Assembly: GCA_905331295.1 (NCBI GenBank) | Contig: CAJNYD010000451.1 | Location: 1 to 41,240, forward strand | Direction of reading: 5' to 3' | Origin: Rotaria socialis | Lineage: Eukaryota | Length of the DNA stretch: 41,240 nt | Shown here: positions 35,259-41,240 of the stretch, one piece after another | Numbering within the stretch: position 1 is the stretch's first letter | Layout of the letters: every line of letters begins with the position of its first letter | Position numbers and translations under genes: made by a program | The notes under the pieces: generated by a model | Seen by the model: only the letters and a program-made list of their open reading frames with translations | Database searches by the model: none | Told to the model about the DNA's origin: nothing

Positions 35259-37303
35259 AGGTTTTATCTTTAAAATAAAAAGAAAAAGAAAAGAACTGAG
35301 CATTTCTATTTCGTTCGTTTTCTCTCTCTCGCTATTTTCTTTTCTCTTTTTTCCGTTCGTTCGGAAAATATTTTAATTGGAGAGAAAAATGATAAAATGA
35401 AGACCAATTGAAATGATATGAAATGAATTAAATCGAAATGAAATATTCTTATCTAAGTTAGAGATGACATTCTCATGTGTCACAATAATCATTTTAGTTC
35501 TCACATTAACTTTTGTCAAAATGGTAAATCAAGATAATTGCATTCTCGTGCTCATCACAGATTTAGATTTTATTTGAGAATAACATTTTTTTATCATTTC
35601 CTATACAATTATCTCAACGGTTCAATTTTCAAATGATTTAACCTAATAGAAAAAGTTTCAATTTTGTAAAACTAAAATACTATTGTTAGGATATTCAAAG
35701 TATTCTTGAGAATTGTCAAAGGAAAAAATTATCAAATCAAAATATCAATTCACATTAGTTCAGTTGGATTAGTTTTTTATTTAATCCTGACAATAATGAT
35801 GATCAGCAATTTTTCAAAGAATTAATTCTTGTAGAAAAAGAAATTTAATTATATAAAAACTCGATATAAAATATAAAAGGAATATTTCTTCATTGAGCAT
35901 CAGTAAACTATTTCAAATTCTTACTAAGAAACGAACAGCGAGTATGATTATATAGAAATTGAACAATCTGAGGAAAACAGTTTCGTTAAGCAAATGATTT
36001 ATTCTCGATTGAAAATGATATGACTAATTATAAAAGAGAGAATTTCTGTTGATAATGACATATCAGTGCTATCAGTTACGTAAAATGTCCAATTTAAATC
36101 TGCAGGTAGTTTTAACTGTGAAATATTTTGATTAGAAATTGAATGAATAAAATGAAAATAAAACTAAAAATAGAAATGTGAGAAAGGGGTGTGGTACCAT
36201 AAGGTGCATTCGATCATTTCTCATGTTAAAATGAACAAACATTGTTGGTTGGCGACCTATTCTCAAGTGGCTAATCTTATAGACAATTCTTTGATCAATA
36301 CGGTTAACGCTCAACCATCCACATTTAATGAGCTTTCGACATACACAAGTTTAATTTACCTATTGTTTGCACACCATCATCAATGATCTTTTCAAAAAAA
36401 AAGAAGAACAAAACAAAAACGAAAACAATAGATTGAATGAATTGAAAGAGAAAAAAACGAGAACTAATCATCCATATACATCCAAAGAGAGATCAATCAC
36501 TAATCATGAAAGATTTACTTTCTATATTAACCGTAAAATTTTATGTTTTGTAAGTTAAAAGTAAATAGAAAACAGAATAGGCGACAGTCGATCAATGAAA
36601 TGTGCTGCTTGAGGCATTGATTCATATTGATTTTGAAATATTTTTCATATAAAAATATCTGTTGATTGACTCGTTTCTATTTATTTAAATCTGAATAAAT
36701 CACTCAACACGTTTTATATTTCCGTTTGCCGTCACGTTCACAATTACGTTCTGTTGTGTTTTTGTTTTTATATATTTCATTCAGATAAACAGTTAACATG
36801 AAATGAAAACAACACCACTTCCTATCTGTCATGAACAATTATATAATAGAGAAGAAAACAAAATAAAAGGAAAAAATTGATGTGAATCATTTTGAACTTT
36901 ATAAAGAATGATCAGATCAGAAGACATATTCACAAATGATATTTTATCTTATTTTGTTTTCGAATAAAATCAGTTTTTGATATTTACAAAAGATTAATCT
37001 GAACTTATTCGTTCGATTACATATCGTTAAGTTCGTCTATCAATGACGTGTCGATACGATTTCGTCTGTCTAAATAGTCAAGCTTGTTTTCTTTTTCTTT
37101 ATTGATTATTCAATTGTTTTTATCGATTACTCGCGAATATTGAATGTGTAACAAAAAAAAGGTTCGTATAACTTTTTATTTTATCTATGAATAATACCAT
37201 TGTTCTAAATCGAATGAAATATTCAACTTTAAAGATTTAATAATTTATTTTTTAATAAATAAAATAATAATTTGGTATTGTTTTTAGATAAAAACAAAAA
37301 TCG

Positions 37304-40148
37304 ATGTCATTAAATATAAACTGTTTAAGTGAATATTCCGATTTTGAATTAGTACCATTGATTGGTAATAATTCAAAAAATTTCATTCATTCAATTTATA
37401 AACAAGATGAAAATGGTTTTATTTCAAAATTTTCATCATTTATAAGAGGTTTGCTATTTTCTTCAAATGATTTTGAATTATTATTAAAAAATTTCACAAT
37501 AAATTCATTTAAATTATCAAATAAATTCATTTCATCAATAATTATTTATTCAATTGGAATTCTTTTGATGCTAATCATGCTTTCAATTATTTTTTATATT
37601 ATTTCATATACAAATATAAAACAAGATAAATCAAAAAAACAAAAATATTTTAAATTTAATTTAAAAACTCTTCTTGTTTTATTATTATTTATTATTTATT
37701 TCTTTATATTTATTCAAATGATATTTCTTATCGAACATGGAAATAAAGCAAAAATTTCTTTAGAAAAATCAATCAAATTAATTAATGAAGAATTTAATTC
37801 AAATATTATTTCACAACATTTTAAATATTTATTAGAACAATTTAATAATTATTCAAAAAAATGTAAAATTTTATCGATTTTTCAGTAATTTAAAATAAGA
37901 ATTTTTATTTATTTTTCTATTTTGTAGCAAGTTCAATAATAATTGATGGATCAAAATCGTTAATGATTAAATCGTTAAATAATTTATTAAATGATTATTA
38001 TTATATCGAAGAAATTAATCTTCATATAGTGAGCGTAAATAAATATTTTAATGAAATAAATTCTTTTATTGATAATGATCAAAATATAAAAGTTTTATTT
38101 AATAAAATAACAAAGTCATATGAATATATTATGAAAGATATTAATAATTTAAATAAAAAACTTTGTTATTATATTAATCAAAATAATATTGAAATTGAAA
38201 AGAAAATTTTCTATTTATTTAATTTAATTAACGAAAAATTTCAATTTTTTATTCAAATTATAAATGAAAAAATTTTAAATAAATTTTTTAAATCAAAATT
38301 ATTTAATCAAAATCAACAAGAAAAGATTCAATCATTTATATCATTAATAGCAACTTTATTTTTTAGTATCATTTTAATAATAACAATTGTTCCATTTGCT
38401 TTCTTAATTATTATTATTATTAATGATTTTTGTCTTCATTCAAATAATCAAACCAAACAGTTAATTAATTCGACTTTTTCTCTTTAAATTTTTAATTAAA
38501 TTTCTTTTTCTTATTTTGCTAGATTTAAAAATCAAAAAACAAACAGTGAAAGTTCAAGTAAATTAGATGATCTCGATGTTAAACAATTAATATCATTACA
38601 TACACATAGTAATGATTCTCAAAGTTGTTATACGACAAATAGTTTCAGGTGAATAAGATTTAATCAAAGAACTTCGTTTTTTTTTTCGTTATTGAAATTC
38701 CATAGGGCAATAAATTATCAGACTTCTCTTTAAATTAAACCACTCAAAAACAAATCAAAAATAATTAGATGGATTTCTTTTTTTGTCACTAAACTTTTCC
38801 GATGATATTAATTACAATCAATTTATAGTAATGATTTACGTTTCTTCTGGAAAAAAACATCCATTCTTTTTAATAGAGATTGACAAAAAAATCAGCTTGA
38901 TTTTCCATTTATCATTTAAGATAAAAGAAATCTATAAGAATAAACTTAGACTTTTGTTTTTGTTCTATTATTTTGTTATAAAATTTTTATTAAAATTAAT
39001 AGATACGACGGTGATCATTAAGAAAGATATACTCAATCATAGACAAATGATTTTTATCTATCTTGAAGAAATGAGAGAAAATATCAATAGTATTTTGTAT
39101 AATGTATTATTTTTTGTTTTGCTTTGTTTTAGTAATATTCGTAATGTATCAAGAAAAAAACATAAATCAAGAAAAATAAGAACCTATCATATCAGTGCAA
39201 ATGGGGAAAGAACCTTTTCATATCCTGTTAATGTTACTAATCAAAATAAATCAAAGAATGATCGTTCCTATCGATTATTTCTTGGTTCAATACGTATTTC
39301 ATTTGGTTTTCTAATAGTTTTATTAATTATTCTATGTATAATAAGTGGTCTTCTCTATGGTCTCGATTTACTTATAGAAAACTCATGTCGATTAGTTCAT
39401 CACGATCAACAATATCTTATTTCATTGATAACAGGTTAGTATCAAAAAGAAGAATTTGAATGAATAAATAAATTAATTGATTTTTATTTTTATTTTTTTA
39501 TAGATAATTTGATTAAATCAATAGAAAATTTTGATATGAATACAACAATTAATAATATAATTAATGATTGTAATAAAAATAAACATTTCAGTAAAAAATT
39601 TCTAAAAGAGTATTCAAATGAATTAAATAATGAATTAATTCCAATAATGAAATATTTAAATGGAAATATTTATAAAGAATTTTTAATATCAATTAAAATG
39701 ATAAATATATCATCAGAAATTGATTTATTAAATAATTTAGCTAGTTTTCTCCGTTTAAAACATATTCAAAATCGTCTTATTCTCATTCACAATGATTTTA
39801 ATCAAATAGAAAGAATATTTAAACAAATTATTCAATTCAATTCTCGATTACCAATTCAATTCCTCACTCAAACGTTAAATGAAGTGAGTTAAAGATTCAT
39901 GTTAATTTTTACTCATGACAGAGTTGCTTTTTCTTCTTTAGTTTGAATTATTTTTCGAAAAAATAATCGAATCAACGATGAATCCGTGTCCATTACCAAT
40001 CGATAATATATTAAAAATAGACAAATTAATTTGTCATGAAACAGCCAATACAATAAATGGTTTATGGTTATTGATTTTTTTGTTCATGTTTTCTCTTGCA
40101 TTTGGCTTTTGTATTTTTGGTATATACATCTATAAACGGTTTATTTAA
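37304..40148 (+). CDS. Divergent prominin-like five-transmembrane protein, ~701 aa, 6 exons
   Basis: Frame-consistent exons 37304-37862, 37928-38459, 38523-38648, 39133-39434, 39504-39883 and 39942-40148. Five hydrophobic segments, with helical loops after TM2 and TM4. Cys after TM4 (LIENSC), IINDC, and the pre-TM5 motif CPLP...LICHETANTINGLW resemble prominins. Confidence 0.72.
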
Positions 40149-40519
40149 TATTAATCTTACGTTTGAATATTATTTTCATTTCTTCATTCTCAAATATTTA
40201 AAGATAAAAATTTTTCTTCTATTAAAATTTACATTATTGAATGACTAAAAAGAGAGACGATAGACTCTTGGTTAATTAAATTCTCTTTTACGTTCATCAA
40301 CAATCTTTTTACAATATATGTTTTTAGAAAATAGTTTTTGGTTACACTGAAGAAAAGTATTTGTTCTTCTACTAGTTTAAAATCAATCGAATCATACAGA
40401 TACATCGATAGACAATCTAGTAGAATCTCATTGAAATTTCAAAATGACGAATATCTGATTGCTATTTTTTCTGTTTAAGAAGTTGTTTTTATTTTCTATT
40501 GATCAAGAGACAAAAAATT

Positions 40520-41010
40520 ATTGTTTTTTAACTATGAATGATGGAATAATACCTCTTGAAATATCGAAAGTCCATTTTCCAGTTCAAACTGCATCTGACA
40601 ATACAACAAGATCACCTTAAAATTGAATAGAAACTATTTGATTTTCATCAATAGGAATAATTTTATGTTGAATTTCTCCTAATAAATTTAAAATTGGTAT
40701 TATCCAAGTTGTTCCTATTTCAACATTATTTTGAGGAAAGCTTGGCTCATTTGGTGATGGTATTAAAATACGTCCATTTAATGATGATAATTCAGCTGGA
40801 CGAATTATTGATTGATTATCAAATTTTCGTTGGGCTGTTTCTGATAAATCTTTATACTTGTATCGATTAAATGGAAATATTCGAATAGAACTAATTCATT
40901 TTTCGACGTTCAACAATTTGAATTTTTGAATAGGATAAAGATTGTTCTTTAAAATATTTGGATTCAAGTCGAATGGTTTCAGTTGTTTCCCATGATAATA
41001 TTGTCAAAAC
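40520..41010 (-). pseudogene. Decayed coding sequence of unknown family
   Basis: ~90 open codons (40889-40620) ...LIPSPNEPSFPQNNVEIGTTWIIPIL...IVSIQF, continuing through stops at 40617-40619 and 40584-40586 into GDLVVLSDAV*TGKWTFDISRGII. An upstream frame reads LTILSWETTETIRLESK. Confidence 0.5.
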
Positions 41011-41191
41011 TAAGAATACAAGTAAAGTGAACATTTCATATTCTTCTTATTTCTTTCTTTCTTTCTTTCTTTTGATACAATGTCAACACAATGAAGACAG
41101 CATTCTAATCCAATTTTTTATAAGAAAGAACGAAAAAAATAGAAACGCATCATCTAAAATTCTTGTTCATAAAGTTATAATCAAATATTTA

Positions 41192-41240
41192 CCCAGGTCG
41201 ATCATCTTGAGTCGTAAACGGCCGTATACCTATCACTCAC
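41192..41240. mobile_element. Terminus of another CCCAGG-family element (runs off window or is truncated)
   Basis: TA|CCCAGGTCGA is the reverse complement of the 3562-3573 terminus. It is followed by AAACGGCCGTATAC. Confidence 0.75.

Overview
AT-rich eukaryotic (animal) genomic scaffold with two N-gaps and many ~45-65 nt GT-AG introns. The composition and intron size suggest a bdelloid rotifer, but that is inference. Bases 1-4900 are a graveyard of nested non-autonomous DNA transposons: Helentron/DINE-like 3' ends and CpG-rich CCCAG...CTGGG elements flanked by TA. Spliced genes on + follow: FBXL5 (hemerythrin/F-box/LRR iron sensor, with two tandem F-boxes and an intronic hAT MITE), TAF3, PPIL1, an orphan class A GPCR, MINDY3, a CLOCK-like bHLH-PAS locus with multiple inactivating lesions, and a divergent prominin-like pentaspan protein. 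On - there is a small ORF and a decayed ORF near the right end. Most notable are (1) FBXL5-TAF3-PPIL1, packed head-to-tail only 91 and 164 nt apart with polyA signals followed by acceptor-like sites, consistent with an SL-trans-spliced operon, (2) the duplicated F-box in FBXL5, and (3) the apparently pseudogenised CLOCK. Exon boundaries were read by eye, and family calls rest on recalled motifs, not database searches.
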